From the NCBI GenBank assembly GCA_944388695.1, contig CALXJT010000004.1, positions 1 through 55,261 of the forward strand: a stretch of 55,261 nucleotides of DNA, written 5' to 3'. The DNA comes from an uncultured Clostridia bacterium (GTDB lineage Bacteria > Bacillota > Clostridia > TANB77 > CAG-508). The number at the start of each line of letters is the position of its first letter. Position 1 is the stretch's first letter. Under the pieces are notes generated by a model. The model saw only the letters and a program-made list of their open reading frames with translations, was not told the origin of the DNA and ran no database searches. A program made the position numbers and the translations under genes. This document shows, in pieces, positions 1 through 8,908 of the stretch.

Positions 1-68
1 AAGTGTTGGAAGCAATGGCATTTAAAGGATTAGAAAAAAAGATAAAAAAATTGCCTACATTTACTTGA
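1..68 (+). CDS. Possible 3' end of an upstream gene (...VLEAMAFKGLEKKIKKLPTFT*), truncated by the window edge
   Basis: Frame from position 3 is open to TGA at 66-68; too short to identify. Confidence 0.25.
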   Translation, partial: VLEAMAFKGLEKKIKKLPTFT

Positions 69-102
69 CACATACTTGCCCACCCAATTCGAACTAAAGT
101 AA

Positions 103-131
103 TTGAAAAATTCAATCTTGTATGATAAACT
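103..131 (+). promoter_or_regulatory. Putative sigma-A promoter of recD2
   Basis: TTGAAA (103-108), 17 nt, TAAACT (126-131), with TG extended -10. Confidence 0.45.
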
Positions 132-166
132 AATAATACAAATTTATAAAAAAAGGAAGTAGAAAA

Positions 167-2389
167 TTGGAGATTCAAGGAGAAATACAAGACTTTATAT
201 ATCAAAATGAATTAAATAGTTATACAATAGCAGTATTTGATACTGAAGAAGAAGAACTTACAGTTGTGGGGTATCTGCCTTTTGTTCAAAGAGGGGATAC
301 TTTAAATTTAATAGGGAAATTTGTAGACCATAAAGATTATGGAAGACAATTCAAAATAGATACTTTTGAAAAAATAATGCCACAAACTTTATCAGCATTA
401 GAAAAATATTTATCAAATGGAAATATTAAAGGAATAGGTGAAGCTACTGCGAAAAAGATAATAAAAAAATTTGGTGAAGATACAATAAATGTTTTAAGAA
501 ATGAACCAGAAAGATTAGCAGAGATAAGAGGTATTACGGCAGAAAAAGCTAAAGAAATGTCAGAAAGTTTTGTTGAAAATCAAGAAGTTTGGCAGATTGT
601 GAGTTTTCTAGAGAGGTTTGGAATCGGAGTAGAAAATGCTAAAAAAATATATGATAATTTAGGAATAAATAGTATAGAAAAAATAGAAACTGATCCATAT
701 ATTTTAATTGATTTAACTAGAGGTGTGGATTTTAGACAAATAGATCAAATGGCATTAGAGTTAGGAATTTCTTACGACAATGATAAGAGGGTTCAAAGTG
801 GAATTAAATATGGTTTAATTAGGGCAACATATAACGGAAATTCTTGTACATTAAAAGGTGGATTAATAGAATTTGTTATTTCATTATTAGATGTTAGTGC
901 AGAATGTGTAGAAAACCAATTAATAAATTTAAAGGTTAAAGATGAGATTGTAATAGAAAATAGAGATGATGGAGAATGGGTATATTTATCTCAATTTTAT
1001 AAAACAGAAGAAGAAATAGCATATAAACTTATTAGATTAAATAATAGTAAAAATGTAAAGAAAATAGATAAAATAGAAAAGGCATTAGAAAAGGTAGAGA
1101 AACAGTCTGATATTAGTTTATCTGATAAACAAAAAGAAGCAGTTTTAGCAATAAATGAAGAAAATGTAACAGTCATAACAGGTGGACCAGGAACAGGAAA
1201 AACAACAATTATAAAAACTATAATAGAGTTATACGAATCAAGAGGAAAAAAGGTAATACTTGCAGCACCAACAGGAAGAGCAGCAAAAAAAATGACAGAA
1301 GCTACTGGAAAAGAAGCTTCAACATTACATAGATTGTTGGGAATAGGAAAATTAGATGATGATGGTATATATTCTCGTCACAAGGAATTCCAAGGAGAAC
1401 CAATAGATGCAGATGTAATAGTTGTAGATGAGTTATCAATGGTAGATATGTTTGTTATGCAGTATTTATTAAGATGTATATATCAAGGAACAAAGCTTAT
1501 TTTAGTTGGAGATAGTGACCAATTGCCATCAGTAGGACCTGGGACAGTTTTAAAAGATATTATTTCATCTGAAAGGATACAAACAATTCATTTAGATAAA
1601 ATATTTAGACAAGCTGCAAAAAGTAAAATTATTCTAAATGCACATAGAGTCAATAAAGGAGAATTATTTTTAGGAAAAGAAGATATAGAGGATGAAACAA
1701 ATGATGATTTTTTTATGATACAACAAGTGTCACAAGAAAGAGCATTAAATGAGTTAATATCATTATGTACAGGACGTTTACAAAAATTCGGGAATTATGA
1801 TTTCTTTCAAAATATACAAGTTTTAACACCAACCAAAAAAGGACTTTTAGGAACTAAAGAATTGAATAAAGCATTACAACAGGCTTTAAATCCTAATCAA
1901 GGAAATTTTCCAGAGAAAGCTTATTCTGGAGCAATATATAGAGTTGGAGATAGAATAATGCAAATAAAAAATAATTATGATATATATTGGGAAAGAGAAG
2001 ATGAATATGGAAAAAAGGAAGTTGGAAGCGGTGTATTTAATGGAGAGATGGGAAGCATAATAAAAGTAAATGACAGAGAAAAATATATTGAGATAAGATT
2101 TGATGATGATAAACAAGCATTATATGAATATGCAGAATTAGATCAAATAGAACATAGTTATGCAATAACAATACATAAGGCTCAAGGAAGTGAGTTTGAT
2201 GTAGTAATAATGGTATTGCCAAGAACGGCACCGATGTTACTTACAAGAAATTTATTGTATACAGGAATAACAAGAGCGAAAAAGCTTTTAATAGTAATAG
2301 GTGATGAAAAAACTGTAGAATTTATGATAAATAATGTAGATAGTAAAAAAAGGAATACAGGCTTAAAAAATAAATTATATGCTGATTAA
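167..2389 (+). CDS. recD2: ATP-dependent RecD2-like SF1B DNA helicase
   Basis: 740 aa; HhH region (IKGIG), Walker A GGPGTGKT, LAAPTGRAA, VVDE, VGDSDQLPSVG, YAITIHKAQGSE, YTGITRA. Confidence 0.95.
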   Translation: MEIQGEIQDFIYQNELNSYTIAVFDTEEEELTVVGYLPFVQRGDTLNLIGKFVDHKDYGRQFKIDTFEKIMPQTLSALEKYLSNGNIKGIGEATAKKIIKKFGEDTINVLRNEPERLAEIRGITAEKAKEMSESFVENQEVWQIVSFLERFGIGVENAKKIYDNLGINSIEKIETDPYILIDLTRGVDFRQIDQMALELGISYDNDKRVQSGIKYGLIRATYNGNSCTLKGGLIEFVISLLDVSAECVENQLINLKVKDEIVIENRDDGEWVYLSQFYKTEEEIAYKLIRLNNSKNVKKIDKIEKALEKVEKQSDISLSDKQKEAVLAINEENVTVITGGPGTGKTTIIKTIIELYESRGKKVILAAPTGRAAKKMTEATGKEASTLHRLLGIGKLDDDGIYSRHKEFQGEPIDADVIVVDELSMVDMFVMQYLLRCIYQGTKLILVGDSDQLPSVGPGTVLKDIISSERIQTIHLDKIFRQAAKSKIILNAHRVNKGELFLGKEDIEDETNDDFFMIQQVSQERALNELISLCTGRLQKFGNYDFFQNIQVLTPTKKGLLGTKELNKALQQALNPNQGNFPEKAYSGAIYRVGDRIMQIKNNYDIYWEREDEYGKKEVGSGVFNGEMGSIIKVNDREKYIEIRFDDDKQALYEYAELDQIEHSYAITIHKAQGSEFDVVIMVLPRTAPMLLTRNLLYTGITRAKKLLIVIGDEKTVEFMINNVDSKKRNTGLKNKLYAD

Positions 2390-2406
2390 AAGATAAATGA
2401 AAGGTT

Positions 2407-3063
2407 GTGATTCAAAAATTTTTAAAAGATGAAATTATAAATATAATATTTCCTCAAGTGTGTGGAGTTTGTGGAAGAATCGATAAAAATTCACTATGTC
2501 CCAAATGTGAATATCTACTAAAAAAATACAAAGATTTTAAAATAGAAAAAGTTTTTGATAAAGATTTTGAAAATTTGATTTATATGTTTCATTATGAAGG
2601 AATAATACGTCAATTAATATTAAAATATAAGTTCAAAGAGAATGCATATTTATATAAGACCTTTGTAAATTTTTTGTTAAAAGATGAAAAAATATTTCAA
2701 AAATTTCAAACCTATGATAAAATAATATCAGTTCCGATAAGTAAAAAAAGGAATAAGCAAAGAGGATATAATCAAAGTGAATTAATAGCAAAAGAAATAG
2801 CAAAAAAAGTAAATATTTCTTATGATAATAATATTTTATATAAAATTAAAGATATTGTAGAACAAAGTAAATTATCAAAAGAGGAAAGAATAGAAAACAT
2901 AAAAAATGTTTATGATATTAAAAATAAGAAAAATTTAGAAAATAAAAAAATTTTACTTTTAGATGATATATATACAACAGGCAGTACTGTGCAAGAATGC
3001 TGTAGAATTTTGAAAAGAGGAAAACCTAAAAAAATAGATGTGTTTGTAATTGCAAAAGATTAA
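2407..3063 (+). CDS. comF: ComF family phosphoribosyltransferase-like protein with N-terminal zinc ribbon
   Basis: CxxC...CxxC, RGYNQSE, LLDDIYTTGST; follows recD2 as is common in Clostridia. Confidence 0.9.
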   Translation: MIQKFLKDEIINIIFPQVCGVCGRIDKNSLCPKCEYLLKKYKDFKIEKVFDKDFENLIYMFHYEGIIRQLILKYKFKENAYLYKTFVNFLLKDEKIFQKFQTYDKIISVPISKKRNKQRGYNQSELIAKEIAKKVNISYDNNILYKIKDIVEQSKLSKEERIENIKNVYDIKNKKNLENKKILLLDDIYTTGSTVQECCRILKRGKPKKIDVFVIAKD

Positions 3064-3120
3064 AAAAAATTGTTATGTAAAAGAGGAAATTAAAAAAGAA
3101 AAGTAGAAAGAATTAAACTT

Positions 3121-3327
3121 AAACTCTGAATAAGAGAGTATAACTCTAAAATAAAAAAGAATAAATTTCCGAGTAAAAGGGAGTGACTCTGAATTTTAAG
3201 AATACTTAAATTTCTGGATAAGAATGAATGGTATTGAAGTTAAGAAAATAAATTTCCGAATAAAAGGAATGTTCCTGAAGGTTTTAAGAAAATTAAGTTC
3301 CGAACAAAAAGGAGTGGAAATTCGGAG
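3121..3327 (+). repeat. Degenerate tandem array of five ~42-45 bp units related to the family-1 palindrome arm
   Basis: Units start ~3121, 3163, 3208, 3250, 3295 (aaatttccgagtaaaagggagtgactc; aaatttccgaataaaaggaatgttcc; aagttccgaacaaaaaggagtgg) versus the arm ttccgaacaaaatggagtgtccc. Confidence 0.7.
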
Positions 3328-3348
3328 ATGGAAGGAGGAAGAAATATA

Positions 3349-5331
3349 GTGGAAGATTTGGTAGAAAGTATTTTAGATTATGTTCGATCAGATTATACGG
3401 ATTATGCTGTAATGATTAATGGTGAGTGGGGGTCAGGAAAGACATATTTTTGGAACCATAAAATACGTAAAAAAATAGAATCAATGCAACTTAATGGAAA
3501 GAGATTTACAACTATATATATGTCATTATATGGTATTTCTAATCTTGAAGAAATAAGTAAGAAAATATTTATTGAGACTACACAGTTAATGGATAAAAAT
3601 TTGCGAAAATTTATGGATGAAAATGAGCAAACTACAATTCCAGAATACGCAAAAACAGGTTTAGATATGGCTAATTTTTTCGGTGTAACTCAAAACGGAA
3701 ATAAAGTAGATTATGGAGATTTCTTTTCTACAGATGATAAAGTACTATGTTTTGATGACTTGGAAAGAGCAAATGTTGATGTTATTGATATTTTAGGATA
3801 TATCAATAATTTTGTTGAACATGACCATATAAAAACAATTATTATTTGTAATGAAAAGGAATTGTCAACTAAGTTAAAAAGTTCTAATCTAGAAATGAAA
3901 ACTTTTATTGCCACATATTTATTGGATAAGCAGGGCGAATTAAATAAAGCTGATAAACCAATGGTAGAAAAAATTCAAGATAAGATAGAGCATGTTTTTG
4001 ATAAGGCAAATGATTATGAAAGAATAAAAGAAAAATTAATTGGAGAGACATTTGAATATGCACCAAAATTTGATTATATAATAAATGGTATTTTGATGCG
4101 TTATGAAAATAATCCTGATTTAATTCGTTTTCTAAGAGAGAGTACAAGATTAATAATTAGTACATTTGAGAGAAGCGGTACTAGAAACTTGAGAATTTTG
4201 AAACATGCATTAAATGATTTTAGAAAAGTTTATGAAATGGTGAATAAATCTTATCCAAATACAAGTCATAGAGTTATGCAAACAATGCTTATATTTACAA
4301 TAGCTATATCATTTGAAATAAAAGCAGGAAAAGTAACAAAAGACAAGTTTGTGAATATAAAAGATAATGAAGAGTATAAAGCTATTTTAGTATCTTCAAG
4401 AGTTTTATTAGATAATAGACAGTTCTATATTAAAGAATTTGATAATAATTATTATTATAACTTTAAATCAGACTATAGATTTTTTAAATTTATTGAATAT
4501 TATGTAAGAACTAGAATATTTGATATGAAGATTTTTAAAAATGATATGGAAATGATACGTAATACTATTGACACAGAAAATTTACCAGGATATAAAAGAC
4601 TTCTTACAGAAGAATATTGGAAGATTTCTGATGATGAATTTGGAGGAGTAGTAGATTCTGTAATGACAGATGTAAAAGAAGGTAATATTGAGTTAATAGA
4701 TATGGTTAAAATTTATGCGTACTTTAGTTATTTTTCTAAAAAGAAATTGATAGATATTGATATAAAAACATTGAAAAATGTATTTTTTACAGGTATGAAT
4801 TTATCATCATTAAAATCAAAATATTGTCCAAATGTCGAAGAAGAATTAAATAAGATAGCTGTAGAAAATTGGAATGATGATATGGAAGAAATATTAAAAT
4901 ATTTTAATCAATTAAATACACAGCTATTAGAAAAACAATATAAAGAAAAGGCAGAGGAAATATTTAAATGTATACCAATGCGTATGGAAGAATTTTATGA
5001 AAAATTTGATAAAGAATGTATGAATATTCCTATTTTTAAATATTATGATACATTCCAATTATTCCAAAGAATATCTTGTGCAACTAATGAAGATATTGTA
5101 TTGATAAAAGAAAAATTACTAGATAGAGCTAATATGTATCCAAAAGAAATTGAACCAGAAATGAAAAATATAAAACAATTTAAACAAGTATTAGACAGTT
5201 ATTTAGAGGGAAAAGATACTACTATAAAAATTGTTATGTTAAAAGAATTTTCAAAAACTTTGGAAGTAATTTTAGATAAGTATAAATTAACATTCTTACC
5301 AAAAAAGGATGAAGCTGTAAAAAAACAATAG
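3349..5331 (+). CDS. KAP-family P-loop NTPase
   Basis: Walker A GEWGSGKT, Walker B FDDLER, KEKLI and NLR motifs; GTG at 3349 follows SD aggagg (ORF track starts at 3328). Confidence 0.85.
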   Translation: MEDLVESILDYVRSDYTDYAVMINGEWGSGKTYFWNHKIRKKIESMQLNGKRFTTIYMSLYGISNLEEISKKIFIETTQLMDKNLRKFMDENEQTTIPEYAKTGLDMANFFGVTQNGNKVDYGDFFSTDDKVLCFDDLERANVDVIDILGYINNFVEHDHIKTIIICNEKELSTKLKSSNLEMKTFIATYLLDKQGELNKADKPMVEKIQDKIEHVFDKANDYERIKEKLIGETFEYAPKFDYIINGILMRYENNPDLIRFLRESTRLIISTFERSGTRNLRILKHALNDFRKVYEMVNKSYPNTSHRVMQTMLIFTIAISFEIKAGKVTKDKFVNIKDNEEYKAILVSSRVLLDNRQFYIKEFDNNYYYNFKSDYRFFKFIEYYVRTRIFDMKIFKNDMEMIRNTIDTENLPGYKRLLTEEYWKISDDEFGGVVDSVMTDVKEGNIELIDMVKIYAYFSYFSKKKLIDIDIKTLKNVFFTGMNLSSLKSKYCPNVEEELNKIAVENWNDDMEEILKYFNQLNTQLLEKQYKEKAEEIFKCIPMRMEEFYEKFDKECMNIPIFKYYDTFQLFQRISCATNEDIVLIKEKLLDRANMYPKEIEPEMKNIKQFKQVLDSYLEGKDTTIKIVMLKEFSKTLEVILDKYKLTFLPKKDEAVKKQ

Positions 5332-5355
5332 TAAAAAAGAATTTTTGAATAAAAT

Positions 5356-5384
5356 GAATAAAATTTTCCTAAATTGTCATAATA
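5356..5384 (+). promoter_or_regulatory. Sigma-G-type forespore promoter of spoVT
   Basis: GAATA-17 nt-CATAATA; spoVT is sigma-G controlled in Bacillus subtilis. Confidence 0.6.
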
Positions 5385-5417
5385 AGAGTAGACATAAATT
5401 TAAAAAGGAGGAAAACT

Positions 5418-5972
5418 ATGAAAGCAACAGGAGTTGTAAGAAGAATAGATGATTTAGGAAGAGTTGTAATTCCAAAAGAAATAAGAAAAACACTTCGAAT
5501 AAAAGAAGGTGACCCATTAGAAATTTTTACAGATAGAGAAGGGCAAGTTATATTGAAGAAATATTCTCCAATAGGAGAACTTTCAGAATTTGCATCTGGA
5601 TATGCAGAGACATTATCAAAAACAACTGGACATATAGCTTGTATTACAGATAAAGATACTGTAATTGCAGTGTCAGGAGGCTCTAAAAAAGAATTTTTAG
5701 AGCAGGATATTAGTCCAGAGTTGGAAAAGTTAATGGATGATAAAGAAGTATATACAAGTAAAGATAATAGTGATATGGCTATGCCAATTACTAGAAATGG
5801 TAATTCTGAAAGAAAACATAATGCACAGGTAGTTTATCCAATTATTTCAAATGGAGATACAATAGGAACTGTTATTCTAATTTCTAAAGAAGCTAATGGG
5901 AAAATGAATGAAGTTGAAAAGAAAGTAGCACAATCAGCAGCAACATTTTTAGGAAGTCAAATGGAAATATAA
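5418..5972 (+). CDS. spoVT: Stage V sporulation protein T (AbrB domain + GAF)
   Basis: MKATGVVRRIDDLGRVVIPKEIRKTLRI...LKKYSP; 184 aa; strong SD. Confidence 0.95.
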   Translation: MKATGVVRRIDDLGRVVIPKEIRKTLRIKEGDPLEIFTDREGQVILKKYSPIGELSEFASGYAETLSKTTGHIACITDKDTVIAVSGGSKKEFLEQDISPELEKLMDDKEVYTSKDNSDMAMPITRNGNSERKHNAQVVYPIISNGDTIGTVILISKEANGKMNEVEKKVAQSAATFLGSQMEI

Positions 5973-6076
5973 AATAAAAAAAGTTAAAAAAATTGAAAAT
6001 AATTGCAGTAAATATGAAGAAAAATTAAAGAAATTTGATAAAAATTACAGAAAAATATAAAAAAATGATTTTTTGT

Positions 6077-6105
6077 TTGACAGTAAAATAATTTTTTGCT
6101 AATAT
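6077..6105 (+). promoter_or_regulatory. Sigma-A promoter with no downstream CDS
   Basis: TTGACA (6077-6082), 17 nt, TG-c-TAATAT (6100-6105). Confidence 0.65.
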
Positions 6106-6111
6106 ATATCT

Positions 6112-6220
6112 GTAGTATGTTATATGAGCTTTTCTAAATTCCGAGGGGGAGCCCAAAGCTACTACCGTTTTAAGTTTTATTATAGTTACGGGAGGAATCT
6201 TTATTAAAGATTCCTCTTTA
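6112..6220 (+). ncRNA. Candidate ~110-nt structured small RNA, family unrecognised
   Basis: GC-rich island between promoter and terminator; stems gtagt/actac, agcttt/aaagct, ccgt/acgg. Confidence 0.5.
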
Positions 6221-6221
6221 T
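6192..6221 (+). terminator. Intrinsic terminator
   Basis: gaggaatcttt-att-aaagattcctc followed by tttat. Confidence 0.7.
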
Positions 6222-6288
6222 AAATTTTAGGAATTTTTATAATAGTTTGGTAAAAATGATAGAAGAGTAAATTGGTAAAAAAATCCAT

Positions 6289-6317
6289 TTGACTTTTCTT
6301 TGATTTTATGCTATAAT
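6289..6317 (+). promoter_or_regulatory. Sigma-A promoter about 610 nt upstream of rnj
   Basis: TTGACT-17 nt-TATAAT with TG extension. Confidence 0.6.
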
Positions 6318-6928
6318 TTTAAACAGTGTTTGCGTAAGGCAAAGTATGAGATTTATTAAAACCTAAAAAGATAGAATGAAATAAAGACAAAAATGTAGTT
6401 GTTTTTTATTCTTTAGGTGTGATGAAGTTAAGAATTGATCGGAAAAAGAAAATTTTAGGAATTTTCAGTATATTAGATATAAAAAAGAGATTTCGTAATT
6501 GTTTAAAATTATAGTATTATAAAAAGTATAACTAATCTAAATAATAATAAATGTTTTATATAAAAGTTATAACTAATTTAAGAAAATAAATATTTTATAT
6601 AAAGTAATATTAAATTATGATTTAATATAGAAGTTTTATGTATGAATTAATGTATTTTAAAATTTAATTAAGAGAAAAATTAAATTAATTGTCAAAAATG
6701 AAACTTTTAATGAAAAATATTAAGATTTAGTAAAAAATTGGTAAGAGAAATATTAAATAATGGGCGGATAAAATAATAATTTTTTAATTATTATTTATAC
6801 TAAAGATAGATACTATAAAAAATGTAATTATGAGAAAATATTATATTTAATAGATCAATTAGTTTAAATTCTTAAACTAATTTTTTTAGGTGGCAAATCT
6901 AGTAAAAATAATAAAGAAGGAGGAAATT

Positions 6929-8866
6929 ATGGCAGAAGAAAGAATTGAAAAACAAGAAGAGAGAAAAAATGAAAAAGTATTAGAAAGAAAACCAAGACAA
7001 TCAAGAAATACAAAAGCAAGAAAAAATAAAGAGGAAATAAGTTATAAAAATAGTAATGAAAAAAATACTCTTGTAAAGAAGACAAGAAAACCACGTAAAG
7101 GTTCAGAGCAAAAAGAAGGAGAGCAAAGAGAAAAAACAAAAAGAGTAGCAGGAAGTAAAAGTTTAAAGAAAAATACTAAAAAAGAGGATAGTAAATCTAT
7201 TTTTAAAAACTCAAAGTTAAAGATTATTCCTTTAGGAGGATTACACGAAGTTGGTAAAAATATTACAGTTTTTGAGTATGAAGATGATATTGTAGTCGTA
7301 GATTGTGGATTATCATTTCCAGAGGATGATATGTTAGGAATAGATTTAGTTATACCAGATATATCATATCTTGAAAAAAATAAAGAGAAGATAAGAGGAA
7401 TGGTTATTACACATGGACATGAGGACCATATAGGAAGTGTACCATATTTCTTAAAGCAAATAAATGTGCCAATTTATGCACCAAGATTAGCTGTAGGATT
7501 AATTAAAAATAAATTAGAAGAGCATAAATTATTGAGAAGCACTAAATTAGTAGAAGTTATGCAAGGACAAACAATTAAATTAGGTAAGAATTTTAGTATT
7601 GAATTTATAAGAAGTACACATAGTATACCAGATTCAGTTATGTTGGCAATAACTACACCAGTTGGAACTGTATTGCATACAGGAGATTTTAAAGTTGACT
7701 TTACACCAATAGATGGAAATATAATGGATTTTGGAAGAATAGCAGAACTTGGAAATCAAGGAGTATTAGCATTAATGTCAGATAGTACAAATGCAGAAAG
7801 AAAAGGATTTACAATGTCTGAAAGTTCTGTAGGAGAAGTTTTTGATAAATTATTTATTCATTGTACAAAAAGAATAGTTGTCGCAACTTTTGCTTCAAAT
7901 GTTCATAGAGTTCAACAAATTGTAAATGCAGCTGTAAAATATGGTAGAAAAATAGCAGTTTGCGGTAGAAGTATGATTAATATGATTACAACTGCAAGAG
8001 AATTAGGGTATATAGAATGTCCTGAAGATTTATTTATCGATATTGATATGATTGGAACATATAATGACGAACAATTAGTAATAATTACAACAGGAAGTCA
8101 AGGAGAGCCAATGTCTGCATTAACAAGAATGGCAGCAGGAGATCATAGAAAAGTAAAAATAACTCAAAATGATTTAGTAATTATATCAGCTAATCCTATA
8201 CCAGGAAATGAAAAATTTGTATCAAAAGTAATAGATGATTTAATGCAAATTGGTGCTGAAGTTGTATATAGTGCTTTAGCAGATGTTCATGTTTCTGGAC
8301 ATGCATGTCAAGAAGAGCAAAAATTAATATTGGCTTTATCAAAACCAAAATATTTTATCCCAGTACATGGTGAATATCGTCAATTAATGGCTCATGCAGA
8401 AACAGCATTAAGTATGGGAATTGAGCAAAAAAATATTATATTAATGTCAAATGGTAGAGTTTTAGAGATGGATGAAAATGAAGCTAAATTTACAACTACA
8501 GTTCCTAGCGGAAGAGTTTTAGTAGATGGATTAGGTGTAGGAGATGTAGGAAATGTTGTATTAAGAGATAGACAACATTTATCTCAAGATGGATTAATAG
8601 TAATAGTTTTAACAATGGATTCTACAACAGGAGAAGTTGTTGCAGGTCCAGATGTTATTTCAAGAGGATTTGTTTATGTTAAAGAATCTGAAAGTTTAAT
8701 GGATGATGTGAAATCTGTAGTACGTCATGAAATTAAGAAATGTGAAGAAAGAAATATTCGTGATTGGTCTACTATAAAATCTACAGTTAGAGAAAACTTG
8801 AAAGATTATATCTTTATGAAAACAAAGAGAAATCCTATGATTATACCAATTATTATGGAAGTATAG
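6929..8866 (+). CDS. rnj: Ribonuclease J with a charged, probably disordered N-terminal extension
   Basis: PLGGLHEVGKN, THGHEDHIG, HSIPD, DSTNA, HVSGHA; ATG 6929 follows aggagg. Confidence 0.95.
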   Translation: MAEERIEKQEERKNEKVLERKPRQSRNTKARKNKEEISYKNSNEKNTLVKKTRKPRKGSEQKEGEQREKTKRVAGSKSLKKNTKKEDSKSIFKNSKLKIIPLGGLHEVGKNITVFEYEDDIVVVDCGLSFPEDDMLGIDLVIPDISYLEKNKEKIRGMVITHGHEDHIGSVPYFLKQINVPIYAPRLAVGLIKNKLEEHKLLRSTKLVEVMQGQTIKLGKNFSIEFIRSTHSIPDSVMLAITTPVGTVLHTGDFKVDFTPIDGNIMDFGRIAELGNQGVLALMSDSTNAERKGFTMSESSVGEVFDKLFIHCTKRIVVATFASNVHRVQQIVNAAVKYGRKIAVCGRSMINMITTARELGYIECPEDLFIDIDMIGTYNDEQLVIITTGSQGEPMSALTRMAAGDHRKVKITQNDLVIISANPIPGNEKFVSKVIDDLMQIGAEVVYSALADVHVSGHACQEEQKLILALSKPKYFIPVHGEYRQLMAHAETALSMGIEQKNIILMSNGRVLEMDENEAKFTTTVPSGRVLVDGLGVGDVGNVVLRDRQHLSQDGLIVIVLTMDSTTGEVVAGPDVISRGFVYVKESESLMDDVKSVVRHEIKKCEERNIRDWSTIKSTVRENLKDYIFMKTKRNPMIIPIIMEV

Positions 8867-8908
8867 TAAAAATGTTGAAATGCCAACTAAAATATACCTT
8901 AAGGAAGG

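Noticed and set aside
3121-3327. CRISPR array
   Set aside because: Units are degenerate along their whole length, have no unique spacers of CRISPR length, and no cas genes are present
6025-6288. 87-aa minus-strand ORF
   Set aside because: No SD or recognisable motif; antisense to a promoter-hairpin-terminator unit
6330-6350. c-di-GMP-I riboswitch (GGCAAA)
   Set aside because: The remaining GEMM consensus (GNRA loop, receptor, second stem) is not evident
5973-6928. Replication origin in the long AT-rich gap
   Set aside because: No TTATCCACA cluster noticed and no dnaA/dnaN context
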